The position numbers and the translations under genes were made by a program. 64,000 bases of DNA, taken from assembly GCA_002753515.1 (NCBI GenBank), contig PEAK01000010.1, forward strand, positions 17,469-81,468, in the 5' to 3' direction. Positions 54,455-63,244 of the stretch are shown here, in pieces. Positions within the stretch are counted from its first letter, which is position 1. Each line of letters begins with the position of its first letter. Source of the stretch: Magnetococcales bacterium (GTDB taxonomy: Bacteria; Pseudomonadota; Magnetococcia; Magnetococcales; UBA8363). Under the pieces are notes generated by a model. It saw only the letters and a list, made by a program, of their open reading frames with translations, was not told where the DNA came from and did no database searches.

Positions 54455-56239
54455 CTAAACCATGGAGATCAGGGATTGCATCAACTCGTCGGCGATGCTG
54501 ACCATTTTGCTCGAGGCTTGAAAAGCCCGTTGGTACTTCAAGAGATCCGTCAACTCTTCCTCCAGCGACACACCTGAAACCGAACTGCGCAAATTGGCGA
54601 TGAAATCCTGCGACGACTTTTGCGCGGTCAGGCTGTCTTTGTTCTGACTGACCAGGGAGCCCAGATCACCCGTGACTTCGGCATAGTGATTGGTCAGGGT
54701 GGCGTTCTGCCCGTCGATGGTGAACTTCGTGGTGCGTAAATTGCCCAGGGCAACGGCACCTTTGGCGTTGGCATCGTCAAACGTCACCGCGCCGTTGGTC
54801 ACCGTGAGTTGTGCCGCTCCAAGTTGCTTGGAATCGTTGAGCAGCGTTTGGTTGACCTGGATGTCTTCGCCACTCCGGCCACCGAAAATGGCCCCGATAC
54901 CCAGGGCGGCCAAAATACCGCTCGAATCACTGACCACACCGAACACCCCACCCGCTTTCTTGGCACTGATCTGCAAATATTGCTGATCGCCCTCGGTGGC
55001 GAACGATGCATTGACAGTGCCGGATTGATTGATGGCTTTGGCAATGTCAACGATGGACATGTCCCGGGTGATGGCAACCGGTTGCGAGAGGGTCAGATTG
55101 TCGGTGGTATCCCCGGAAGCGAAGGTGATGGATCCGTCCACGACCCGCGCAACTCCCTTGGGGGTATCTTTGTAGTTGGGATCTTTGCTGTTGGTCACCA
55201 CATTCTTGAGCGCCGGGTATTGACCTTTGACGGGGGTGGTCAAATCTTGCCCCAGTTCAAATATCCCCGTCTGCGATTGGTACATGGTTTGACTGACCGT
55301 CTGGCTGCTGACCCGGTTAACCTGCCAGCGCAATTCATCCGTAAGGGTGTTCAACTTGGTCATGACGCCGTTTTGGCCATGGATGATCTGGTCACGGATC
55401 TCCAGCAAACCGCCCAGTTTGCCACCGCGAATGTGATCGCTGTCGCCATACTCACGGCTGTTGATGGTGATCCCTTGAAAGCCTTCGGCATTGACCTTGG
55501 GACTGCGGGTCAAGGTGGCGGCGTAAACCTCATCGGCAATCGTTTGTTGCCCCCGCGAGGTCATGATCTTCAAACCATCCTGCGCCGTGGGCAATGTTTG
55601 GATGTCGATAATCTTGCCCAGGTCCAGAACCATTTGGCTGCGTTGATCCTTGAGGTCCAGGGCCGGGTTGGAATTTTCATTGGCAACAATGGTCTTGTTG
55701 ATGTCCCGGATCGCTTTCAGACGGGTATTGACATCATCCAGAGTGGTCGTGATTTCCTTGTCAATCGGCAGGGTGATGTCGCCCAGCGACTTTTGCATCT
55801 TTTGAATCGTCTGGGCCAGGGCATTGGCTTGGGCCACAAAATCTTCACGGGCTACGGGATTGGTGGGATTGCTGGTCAGGGCATCGGCTTTGGCATAAAA
55901 GGCTTCCAATTGCTTGGAAAGTCCCGAATCATCCATGTCATTGAACACTTGCTCGACCATGCCGAGATATTGATCGCGGGTTTCCAACCGTCCCAATTCA
56001 CCCGTTCCCAGTTGTTGGCGGCGATCAACCAATTGGTCGATTTGCCGGGTGATTTCATCCATTTTGACGCCGGAGCCACCGGGATCCTGCGAGTTCCCCG
56101 GGACCCCTTCCTGCTGGACGGTCTGGCGGGAATACCCCGGGGTGTTGACGTTGCTGATGTTGTGCGAAACCGTGTGCAACGACCCCTGGGAGACGAGAAT
56201 CCCTTGCTTGGAGATGTTCAGCAGGCTGTTGAGAGACAT
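54455..56239 (-). CDS. flgK: Flagellar hook-filament junction protein FlgK
   Basis: 594 aa. The N-terminus is MSLNSLLNISKQGILVSQGSLHTVSHNISNVNTPGYSRQ and the C-terminus is LEEELTDLLKYQRAFQASSKMVSIADELMQSLISMV. Confidence 0.9.
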   Translation of the reverse strand: MSLNSLLNISKQGILVSQGSLHTVSHNISNVNTPGYSRQTVQQEGVPGNSQDPGGSGVKMDEITRQIDQLVDRRQQLGTGELGRLETRDQYLGMVEQVFNDMDDSGLSKQLEAFYAKADALTSNPTNPVAREDFVAQANALAQTIQKMQKSLGDITLPIDKEITTTLDDVNTRLKAIRDINKTIVANENSNPALDLKDQRSQMVLDLGKIIDIQTLPTAQDGLKIMTSRGQQTIADEVYAATLTRSPKVNAEGFQGITINSREYGDSDHIRGGKLGGLLEIRDQIIHGQNGVMTKLNTLTDELRWQVNRVSSQTVSQTMYQSQTGIFELGQDLTTPVKGQYPALKNVVTNSKDPNYKDTPKGVARVVDGSITFASGDTTDNLTLSQPVAITRDMSIVDIAKAINQSGTVNASFATEGDQQYLQISAKKAGGVFGVVSDSSGILAALGIGAIFGGRSGEDIQVNQTLLNDSKQLGAAQLTVTNGAVTFDDANAKGAVALGNLRTTKFTIDGQNATLTNHYAEVTGDLGSLVSQNKDSLTAQKSSQDFIANLRSSVSGVSLEEELTDLLKYQRAFQASSKMVSIADELMQSLISMV

Positions 56240-56299
56240 GAACCTTTTCCTTAGCTCGTATGGATAAGCGCCGAATGTCGCGCTGTCGCAGTGTTGATA

Positions 56300-56315
56300 T
56301 GCAGCGGACGTGCCA
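56300..56315 (-). promoter_or_regulatory. Sigma54 (-24/-12) promoter for flgK
   Basis: The minus strand reads TGGCACGtccgcTGCA, matching 15 of 16 consensus positions (TGGCACG-N4-TTGCA). It lies 61-76 nt upstream of the flgK ATG and is correctly oriented. Confidence 0.8.
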
Positions 56316-56616
56316 ATTCTGAAGCGTTCATTCCCTCGTTGGGATGTTCTTCGATGTGTTTATTTAAAATATTGTTATTAAAGTGAAAATTTGCATTCAT
56401 TCCCGCTGCGGCAAAGGCCGGGAGCCCCTTTTTCGTCCGGACGCAATTTTCGCGCTAAACCTTTTCATCCCTGCGATAAGGCAATTTTCCCCCGGTAGCC
56501 TGCGCCAAGCGGCAAATGTTTCCGTCCACACGGCGCGGCAACCTTCGAAACCACGTGTCGGGGTGACGAAACCTGGATGACATGTTACAGTAGCCTCCAC
56601 TGCAATTGTGTCTTGC

Positions 56617-56784
56617 GGCCTTGATCATCGTTTCGTCCGAGCCAACTCATTCTGGATTCCCGCTTTCGCGGGAATGACGAAAAAAACGCTGAGATTGCAG
56701 TCGTTTGTCATTCCCGCGAAAGCGGGAATCCAGACGGAACCGAAGCATTTTCGATGCGCTTTGGCCGAAACGATGATCAAGGCC
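56617..56784. mobile_element. MITE-like element, family A, copy 2 (168 bp)
   Basis: It has the same termini and internal structure as 7672-7839, with only a few substitutions. It ends 39 nt upstream of the suhB ATG. Confidence 0.75.
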
Positions 56785-56823
56785 CGTTTAGCCGCGTCAA
56801 TGGTTTCCCCCAACCCAAAGGTT

Positions 56824-57618
56824 ATGATGAACGTATCGCCTCACCTCAATGTGGCCGTCCGTGCTGCCCGTTCAGCCGGTCGCGAAGCCCTGATGTTCTT
56901 CAAACATCGCCACGATCTGTCCATCGAAGCCAAAGGGGCCTGTGATTTTGTAACCGAGGCGGATACCACGGTGGAAAAAGAGGTCATTCGGCAATTGTAC
57001 AAGGCCTATCCCAACTATGGCATTCTCGCCGAGGAAAGCAGTCGCAAGCAGGCGCAATCAGGTTGGCGTTGGATTATCGATCCCATCGACGGCACGACCA
57101 ACTTCATCCATGGCTTGCCCCACTTCGCCATCTCCATCGCCCTGGCCAATGACAATGAAATTCATGCCGCAGTGGTTTTCAATCCGGCAACGGATGAATT
57201 GTTCACCGCCGAACGCGGTCGCGGGGCGTTCCTGAACGGTCAACGCTTGCGCGTCACTCGCAGCAATCGACTCGATCAATCTTTGCTGGCCACGGGTTTT
57301 CCAATCAGTAATCCGGAACGGACCCGGAAACATATGCCGATCGTTTCCGCCCTGCTGGTGCCATCCCGTGGTATACGTCGCCTGGGAAGCGCCGCTTTGG
57401 ACCTGGCCTTTGTGGCGTCTGGGCGCTACGACGGCTATTGGGAGCCCGGACTCAATCCTTGGGATATCGCGGCTGGGGTGTTGCTGGTGCTTGAAGCGGG
57501 CGGGTTGGTGACCGACTTCGACGGCGAGCAAAACTATCTGGATTCGGGCAATATCGTGGCGGCATCACCCACGATCCATCGCCTCATGCTGACGACCATC
57601 CAGTCGGCTTGGGGGTGA
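56824..57618 (+). CDS. suhB: Inositol monophosphatase family protein (SuhB-like)
   Basis: IMPase motifs are present (ILAEES, WIIDPIDGTTNFIHG, WDIAAG). I chose the ATG at 56824. The ORF track start at 56608 reads through the MITE. Confidence 0.85.
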   Translation: MMNVSPHLNVAVRAARSAGREALMFFKHRHDLSIEAKGACDFVTEADTTVEKEVIRQLYKAYPNYGILAEESSRKQAQSGWRWIIDPIDGTTNFIHGLPHFAISIALANDNEIHAAVVFNPATDELFTAERGRGAFLNGQRLRVTRSNRLDQSLLATGFPISNPERTRKHMPIVSALLVPSRGIRRLGSAALDLAFVASGRYDGYWEPGLNPWDIAAGVLLVLEAGGLVTDFDGEQNYLDSGNIVAASPTIHRLMLTTIQSAWG

Positions 57619-57631
57619 GGGCTTGCGTCCC

Positions 57632-58660
57632 CTAGGAAGGGGGGGGGCACACCGTGTCTGAAAAAACTTCGTCCAAGGACTTGGCATCGAAGATGCGGAG
57701 GCTCCACGCCTCCAAGGATGGGAGATCGGCCTTGGCCATTTTCTCGATCGCCCAATCGGGCATGGGACCGAAGCGGCGCTGCAACAGGCGGCTCAGGATT
57801 TTTGCTTCGCCTTTTCGTTCCCCTTTCCGTTCCCCTTTCCGTTCGCCATCTCTTTCGCCCTCCAGTTTGCTATCCCGACGTTCTTGCACCAGTCGATGCT
57901 CAAACCTCGGCAAGGAAAAAAGTTCTTCCTCCGGCGTCGCATCCACCATCGACGCAAACCATTCCTTCCCGAGCCGCGTCACATACTCGGGGGTGATGCC
58001 CTCCATCTCCGGACTGTTCAACGCAGTTTTCATTTTCAACCTCCATAAACCGACAACAATTTGGCCAAATGCAACGGAGAGCTTGAACAACCCGGCGTGT
58101 TTGATCGTTTCAAACGCTTTTTCCTGTTCGTCCCGGCGGCTGGCGAAGCATTTCAAAGGGGCGTTTCGTGGTTCGTCCGCCAATTCATTCAGAAAGATCA
58201 AGCGGACAACACCCCCCCAGGGGGGGACGCTTTCATAAACACCCATGGGCCCAATGGGCTTGAAGAAATGTTTCGCCAAAAATTCTTTCCGAGACGTTAT
58301 GGAGCTTATGATAACGCTCTTCAACTGATGGCGTTCCAATTTCGCCGTGTCCAGATGCAGGGTATCGTACAACGAAAGCCATGTGAGTGTTTTCTCATTC
58401 AAGCTTTCGGTGATCTTTAATTCAACCAGGATCTGGTCCGCATCCAGATCGCGCAGTCCATCCGCCAAACGCAAACGCTGCTCATGCGTCCAACCATTTT
58501 CCCCCACGTTCTGGCGCTGAATCAAGATGAGATCCGCAACGGGTGGGGCGGGAACAACGGGAACCTCCATGCGTACTTCAATGCCGACGGGCTCCAGCAA
58601 CACTTTCAGCATTTCACCGACCAAACGGTGCCAACAGGTATTTCCCGCATCTTTTTCCAA
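57632..58660 (-). CDS. Rpn/YhgA-like PD-(D/E)XK nuclease with a C-terminal DUF4351-like domain, tandem copy 1 (342 aa)
   Basis: It has a D...ExK pattern (VADLILIQ ... ILVELKITES) and a (GERK)n low-complexity linker. The C-terminus is FGPMPDWAIEKMAKADLPSLEAWSLRIFDAKSLDEVF. The TTG start at 58660 is inferred from copy 2, so the N-terminus is uncertain. Confidence 0.65.
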   Translation of the reverse strand: MEKDAGNTCWHRLVGEMLKVLLEPVGIEVRMEVPVVPAPPVADLILIQRQNVGENGWTHEQRLRLADGLRDLDADQILVELKITESLNEKTLTWLSLYDTLHLDTAKLERHQLKSVIISSITSRKEFLAKHFFKPIGPMGVYESVPPWGGVVRLIFLNELADEPRNAPLKCFASRRDEQEKAFETIKHAGLFKLSVAFGQIVVGLWRLKMKTALNSPEMEGITPEYVTRLGKEWFASMVDATPEEELFSLPRFEHRLVQERRDSKLEGERDGERKGERKGERKGEAKILSRLLQRRFGPMPDWAIEKMAKADLPSLEAWSLRIFDAKSLDEVFSDTVCPPPS

Positions 58661-59815
58661 TCGTTTGTTTCCATGGCTGTTGGTGGTGGTATCGACAAAC
58701 GCGGGAACCCTTCGCGAAGCTTGACGGAAAGCGGTGTCACACCGTGTCCGAAAAAACTTCGTCCAAGGACTTGGCATCGAAGATGCGGAGGCTCCACGCC
58801 TCCAAGGATGGGAGATCGGCCTTGGCCATTTTCTCAATCGCCCAATCGGGCATGGGACCGAAGCGGCGTTGCAACTGTCGGGTCAGGATTTTTGCTTCGC
58901 CTTTTCGTTCCCCTTTCCGTTCCCCTTTCCGTTCGCCATCTCTTTCGCCCTCCAGTTTGCTATCCCGACGTTCTTGCACCAGTCGATGCTCAAACCTCGG
59001 CAAGGAAAAAAGTTCTTCCTCCGGCGTCGCATCCACCATCGACGCAAACCATTCCTTCCCGAGCCGCGTCACATACTCGGGGGTGATGCCCTCCATCTCC
59101 GGACTGTTCAACGCAGTTTTCATTTTCAACCTCCATAAACCGACAACAATTTGGCCAAATGCAACGGAGAGCTTGAACAACCCGGCGTGTTTGATCGTTT
59201 CAAACGCTTTTTCCTGTTCGTCCCGGCGGCTGGCGAAGCATTTCAAAGGGGCGTTTCGTGGTTCGTCCGCCAATTCATTCAGAAAGATCAAGCGGACAAC
59301 ACCCCCCCAGGGGGGGACGCTTTCATAAACACCCATGGGCCCAATGGGCTTGAAGAAATGTTTCGCCAAAAATTCTTTCCGAGACGTTATGGAGCTTATG
59401 ATAACGCTCTTCAACTGATGGCGTTCCAATTTCGCCGTGTCCAGATGCAGGGTATCGTACAACGAAAGCCATGTGAGTGTTTTCTCATTCAAGCTTTCGG
59501 TGATCTTTAATTCAACCAGGATCTGGTCCGCATCCAGATCGCGCAGTCCATCCGCCAAACGCAAACGCTGCTCATGCGTCCAACCATTTTCCCCCACGTT
59601 CTGGCGCTGAATCAAGATGAGATCCGCAACGGGTGGGGCGGGAACAACGGGAACCTCCATGCGTACTTCAATGCCGACGGGCTCCAGCAACACTTTCAGC
59701 ATTTCACCGACCAAACGGTGCCAACAGGTATTTCCCGCATCTTTTTCCAATCGTTTGTTTCCATGGCTGTTGGTGGTGGTATCGACAAACGCGGGAACAC
59801 TTCGCGAAACGCAAC
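57648..59815. repeat. Tandem direct repeat, 2 units with a 1090-bp period
   Basis: 57648-58737 aligns with 58738 to about 59815. The stretch 57793-58708 is identical to 58883-59798 (916 bp). I count six substitutions in the first 145 bp of the unit. Homology decays past 58709 and 59799. Confidence 0.95.
58737..59750 (-). CDS. Rpn/YhgA-like PD-(D/E)XK nuclease with a C-terminal DUF4351-like domain, tandem copy 2 (337 aa)
   Basis: The features match copy 1. The ORF begins at a TTG at 59750, and an in-frame stop lies 72 nt upstream of that TTG. Confidence 0.65.
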   Translation of the reverse strand: MEKDAGNTCWHRLVGEMLKVLLEPVGIEVRMEVPVVPAPPVADLILIQRQNVGENGWTHEQRLRLADGLRDLDADQILVELKITESLNEKTLTWLSLYDTLHLDTAKLERHQLKSVIISSITSRKEFLAKHFFKPIGPMGVYESVPPWGGVVRLIFLNELADEPRNAPLKCFASRRDEQEKAFETIKHAGLFKLSVAFGQIVVGLWRLKMKTALNSPEMEGITPEYVTRLGKEWFASMVDATPEEELFSLPRFEHRLVQERRDSKLEGERDGERKGERKGERKGEAKILTRQLQRRFGPMPDWAIEKMAKADLPSLEAWSLRIFDAKSLDEVFSDTV

Positions 59816-59945
59816 GGTTACCCGATCATCTTCTGCCATGTATTCTTCTTCGGCAAGGGGAATATGATTTCCCCATCTGAGGTGGATTTCCGTGCAACCA
59901 TGATCGGGGGCTGGAAACGACATCCCAGAGGGGGAAAGAGCAGGG

Positions 59946-61106
59946 CTATGGGAGGAGGAGTGTTGCCAGAATGCGTTGGTACACCCTGGTCAGGTTATGC
60001 AAATCATCCACCGGGGTCGATTCGTCGGTTTTGTGCATGCTGGCACCCACGAGACCGAATTCCGCCGTTTCCGGGCAATAGCGGGCGATGAACCGGGCAT
60101 CGGAGGTCCCGCCCCCCGTGGACAGGACCGGGGTGATACCCAAAAGATCCCGGACGGAGTTTTGGATAGTGTGCAACAAGGTTTCCCCCCGGGTCACAAA
60201 GGGCAAGCCCGACACCTGCAGGGTCAGATCATAAGGACAGCCCTTCTGTTGCAAAGGTGCCAGCAGCGAGCGAACACACGCTTCCAAGGATGCGGGGGTG
60301 TGTTCGGTGGAGAAACGAATGTTGAACTGGGCGGTCATTTGCGCCGGAATGACGTTGGTGGCACCATCGCCAGCCTGGAGGCGGGTCCATTGAAAGCTGG
60401 TGGGGGGGAAATGGGGATTGGCAACCCGGTCATATGGATGCCGCGCCAGGGTGTCCAGAATGGCGAGCCCCTCATGAATCGGGTTGATGGCCAGATGCGG
60501 GTAGGCCACATGCCCTTGGCGACCATGGATGGTGAGCAGGCCATTGACCGATCCACGGCGACCGTTCTTCAAGCAATCGCCCAACCGTTCCACACTGGTC
60601 GGCTCACCCACCAGGCAATAATCCAGACGTTCCCCCCGGTCCCGGCACCATTCCAGAACCTTGACGGTACCATCCACCGCCTGTCCCTCCTCATCGCCGG
60701 TGATCAGGAAGGAAATGCTGTTGTGATCGGGGATGTGGGGATGATCCCGCAGCAACCGTTCCACCGCCACCACCATGGCGGCGATGGCCCCCTTCATGTC
60801 GCAAATCCCCCGGCCAATGATCGTACCGGCATGGTTTTGCGCGGCGAAAGGGTCAAAACGCCACAAGTGGCTCTCCCCGCTGGGGGTGACATCGGTGTGG
60901 CCGGCGAAGCAAAAGTTTTTCCCATTGCCCCCGAGGCGGGCATAAAAATTGGAGACCTGGCCGAAGACGAGCGGGTACACGGTGAACCCCAGCGCTTGCA
61001 GACGCGCCATCACAACCTGCTGGCAACCACCGTCCACAGGGGTGACAGAGGGGATGCGAACCAATTCCCGGGCCAGTTCCACCGCTGGCAGGTGTGTGTT
61101 GGTCAT
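59946..61106 (-). CDS. dapE: Succinyl-diaminopimelate desuccinylase DapE
   Basis: 386 aa from the ATG at 61106 (MTNTHLPAVELARELVRIPSVTP). M20 peptidase motifs are present (FAGHTDVTP, ITGDEEG). The ORF track extends to 61415. Confidence 0.9.
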   Translation of the reverse strand: MTNTHLPAVELARELVRIPSVTPVDGGCQQVVMARLQALGFTVYPLVFGQVSNFYARLGGNGKNFCFAGHTDVTPSGESHLWRFDPFAAQNHAGTIIGRGICDMKGAIAAMVVAVERLLRDHPHIPDHNSISFLITGDEEGQAVDGTVKVLEWCRDRGERLDYCLVGEPTSVERLGDCLKNGRRGSVNGLLTIHGRQGHVAYPHLAINPIHEGLAILDTLARHPYDRVANPHFPPTSFQWTRLQAGDGATNVIPAQMTAQFNIRFSTEHTPASLEACVRSLLAPLQQKGCPYDLTLQVSGLPFVTRGETLLHTIQNSVRDLLGITPVLSTGGGTSDARFIARYCPETAEFGLVGASMHKTDESTPVDDLHNLTRVYQRILATLLLP

Positions 61107-61120
61107 GGGCGGGGAGGGGG

Positions 61121-61972
61121 CTAAAATTCCCTGAGGAGTTCGTTGATGCCGGTTTTGGCGCGGGTCTGGGCATCGACGGTTTTGACGATGACGGCGCAAT
61201 ACAGATTGGGACCCGGTTGGCCATTGGGCCATGGCTTGCCGGGCATGGTGCCGGAGACCACCACCGAATAAGGGGGGACATAGCCCTGGGTGATTTCCCC
61301 GGTTTCCCGGTTGACGATGCGGGTCGAGGCACTCAGGAACACCCCCATCGACAGGACGGCCCCACGTCCGACGATAACGCCTTCGGCGACTTCGGCCCGG
61401 GCACCGATGAAACAATCGTCCTCGATGATGACCGGATTGGCCTGCAAGGGTTCCAACACGCCACCGATGCCGGTTCCCCCGGATATGTGAACGTTTTTGC
61501 CGATCTGGGCGCAGGAACCAACCGTGGCCCAGGTGTCGATCATGGTCCCGGTATCAACGAAGGCGCCAATGTTCACGAACGACGGCATGAGAACCACTCC
61601 CGGGGCGATGTGTGCCCCGGCGCGTACCGTGGCCGTGGGCACCATGCGGAAACCACGTTCGCGAAAGCGTTCCTCGGTCCAATGCAACGTTTTCAAGGGA
61701 ATTTTATCGAAATTGTTTTGCGGCCCGTTGGCCATGCAAACATTATCATGGAGCTTGAAATAGAGCAAAACCGCCTTTTTCAACCATTGGTTGACAACCC
61801 AGCCATGGATTGACCCGGAGTGATCGGGACGGTATTCGGCAACCCGGCGTTGTCCGGCATCCAGTTCGTTGAGGGTGGCGGTAACGGCTTCCTTGATCCG
61901 GGGCACATTGTGCTGGGTCAGGTCCTGACGGTTGTCCCAGGCGGATTCAATGATCTCTTGGTTCGTGGACAT
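61121..61972 (-). CDS. dapD: Tetrahydrodipicolinate N-succinyltransferase DapD
   Basis: 283 aa from the ATG at 61972 ([15 protein letters not shown]). It has hexapeptide repeats ([19 protein letters not shown]) and an aagga RBS. Confidence 0.9.
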   Translation of the reverse strand: MSTNQEIIESAWDNRQDLTQHNVPRIKEAVTATLNELDAGQRRVAEYRPDHSGSIHGWVVNQWLKKAVLLYFKLHDNVCMANGPQNNFDKIPLKTLHWTEERFRERGFRMVPTATVRAGAHIAPGVVLMPSFVNIGAFVDTGTMIDTWATVGSCAQIGKNVHISGGTGIGGVLEPLQANPVIIEDDCFIGARAEVAEGVIVGRGAVLSMGVFLSASTRIVNRETGEITQGYVPPYSVVVSGTMPGKPWPNGQPGPNLYCAVIVKTVDAQTRAKTGINELLREF

Positions 61973-62038
61973 GGCGGATTCCTTGCGGTTGAATACTTTG
62001 AAAAAAACATCAGCGGCATCGGGTGGGGCCATGCGGGA

Positions 62039-63244
62039 TCAGGACAGATCCCGCACCGCAGCGGCTATGCGCAGAATACCCTCGCGATTTTCGGCGCGAG
62101 GTTGGACCATGGCCACACGAATATAAGGGGAACCGGGGTTTTCGCTTCCCGTACCGCGTCCCAGATAGGCCCCTGGAAGGACCGTGACATGATAGCGATG
62201 AAACAAATGGCGGGTAAAGGTTTCACCGCCTTGGGGCACCTTGAGCCATAGATAGAACCCGGCCTGCGGGGGGTCAACGGCCAGGACGGGTTGCAAAATC
62301 TCCAGGGCATCGGCGAGCTTCTGGCGATAAAGTACCCGGTTCTCCTCCACATGGGCTTCATCATTCCAGGCGGCGATGGCGGCTTGTTGAATGAACGGCG
62401 GGGTGGCACAACCCGTGTACGTCCGAAGCCGGAAATAGGGGTTGAGGAGTTCGGCATCCCCCGCGACAAATCCGGTGCGCGCCCCCGGCATGTTGGAACG
62501 TTTGGATAACGAGTGGAACACCAGACAGCGTTGAAAGGAATGATAGCCCTGCTCCTGGGCCACCTTGAGCAGGCCGGGAGGGGGGGCTTGGTGCCAAATA
62601 TCCGAATAACATTCATCGGCTGCCAGGATGATGTTGTAGGTCTTGGCCAAGTGCAACAATTTCTTCAGTTCCCCTTCCGAGGTGACGGCCCCGGTGGGAT
62701 TGGCGGGGGAACAGAAAAAAAGCAGCCGGGTGCGTTCCAGGATCGCGCTGGGCAAGGCGGCATAATCGGGTATGAAATGGTTTTCCCGGGTGGCGGGGAC
62801 ATGGATGGGGATTCCCCCGGCCATGATCGTCGCCCCCTCATAAATCTGATAAAAGGGGTTGGGCATGAGGACGTAATGCTTGGCATGAATGTCCTCGTGG
62901 CACGTAACAACCGCCTGAACAATGGAAAACAGGGCTTCGCGGGTTCCATTGACCGGCAATAGCTGGGTTTCGGGATCGACCGAATCGGGAGTCAGGTTGA
63001 AGCGCCGTTCCAGCCAACGACAGGCGGCCCGACGCAGCTCCACCTCACCCCGGGTCGTTGGATAACGGCTGATGCCGTCCAGGGCCGATGTCATGGCCTC
63101 CCGAATGAATGGGGCCACGGGATGCCGTGGTTCGCCAATGGAAAGATTGATCGGGGTGAAATGGCAGGCCGGGGTGACATCCTGCAATAGAAGGCTGAGT
63201 TTTTCAAACGGGTACGGTTGCAATCCGTCAAGCAGGGTGTTCAT
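62039..63244 (-). CDS. dapC: Succinyldiaminopimelate transaminase-type class I aminotransferase
   Basis: 401 aa from the ATG at 63244 (MNTLLDGLQPYPFEKL). It has a PLP-lysine context (HSLSKRSNMPGARTG) and sits next to dapD and dapE. Confidence 0.75.
   Translation of the reverse strand: MNTLLDGLQPYPFEKLSLLLQDVTPACHFTPINLSIGEPRHPVAPFIREAMTSALDGISRYPTTRGEVELRRAACRWLERRFNLTPDSVDPETQLLPVNGTREALFSIVQAVVTCHEDIHAKHYVLMPNPFYQIYEGATIMAGGIPIHVPATRENHFIPDYAALPSAILERTRLLFFCSPANPTGAVTSEGELKKLLHLAKTYNIILAADECYSDIWHQAPPPGLLKVAQEQGYHSFQRCLVFHSLSKRSNMPGARTGFVAGDAELLNPYFRLRTYTGCATPPFIQQAAIAAWNDEAHVEENRVLYRQKLADALEILQPVLAVDPPQAGFYLWLKVPQGGETFTRHLFHRYHVTVLPGAYLGRGTGSENPGSPYIRVAMVQPRAENREGILRIAAAVRDLS

Noticed and set aside
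56608-56823. N-terminal extension of the suhB ORF (MSCGLDHRFVRANSFWIPAFAGMT...)
   Set aside because: The extension is simply a translation of the family-A MITE. The IMPase homology starts at the ATG at 56824, which has an upstream aaagg.
58661-58837. Upstream extension of Rpn-like copy 1 to a 401-aa ORF
   Set aside because: The extension reads out of frame through the 3' end of copy 2. The equivalent region upstream of copy 2 is closed by a stop codon. I therefore used the shared TTG (58660 and 59750) as the start.
59696-59923. 75-aa ORF (MSFPAP...MAEDDRVTVAFREVFP...) that might be a frameshifted true N-terminus of Rpn-like copy 2
   Set aside because: AFREVF resembles the FK..F motif of Rpn N-termini. 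However, the downstream segment DAGNTCWHRLVGEMLKVLLEP already supplies an N-terminal-like motif in the main frame. Copy 1 also lacks this ORF. The question remains unresolved, so I did not call a pseudogene.
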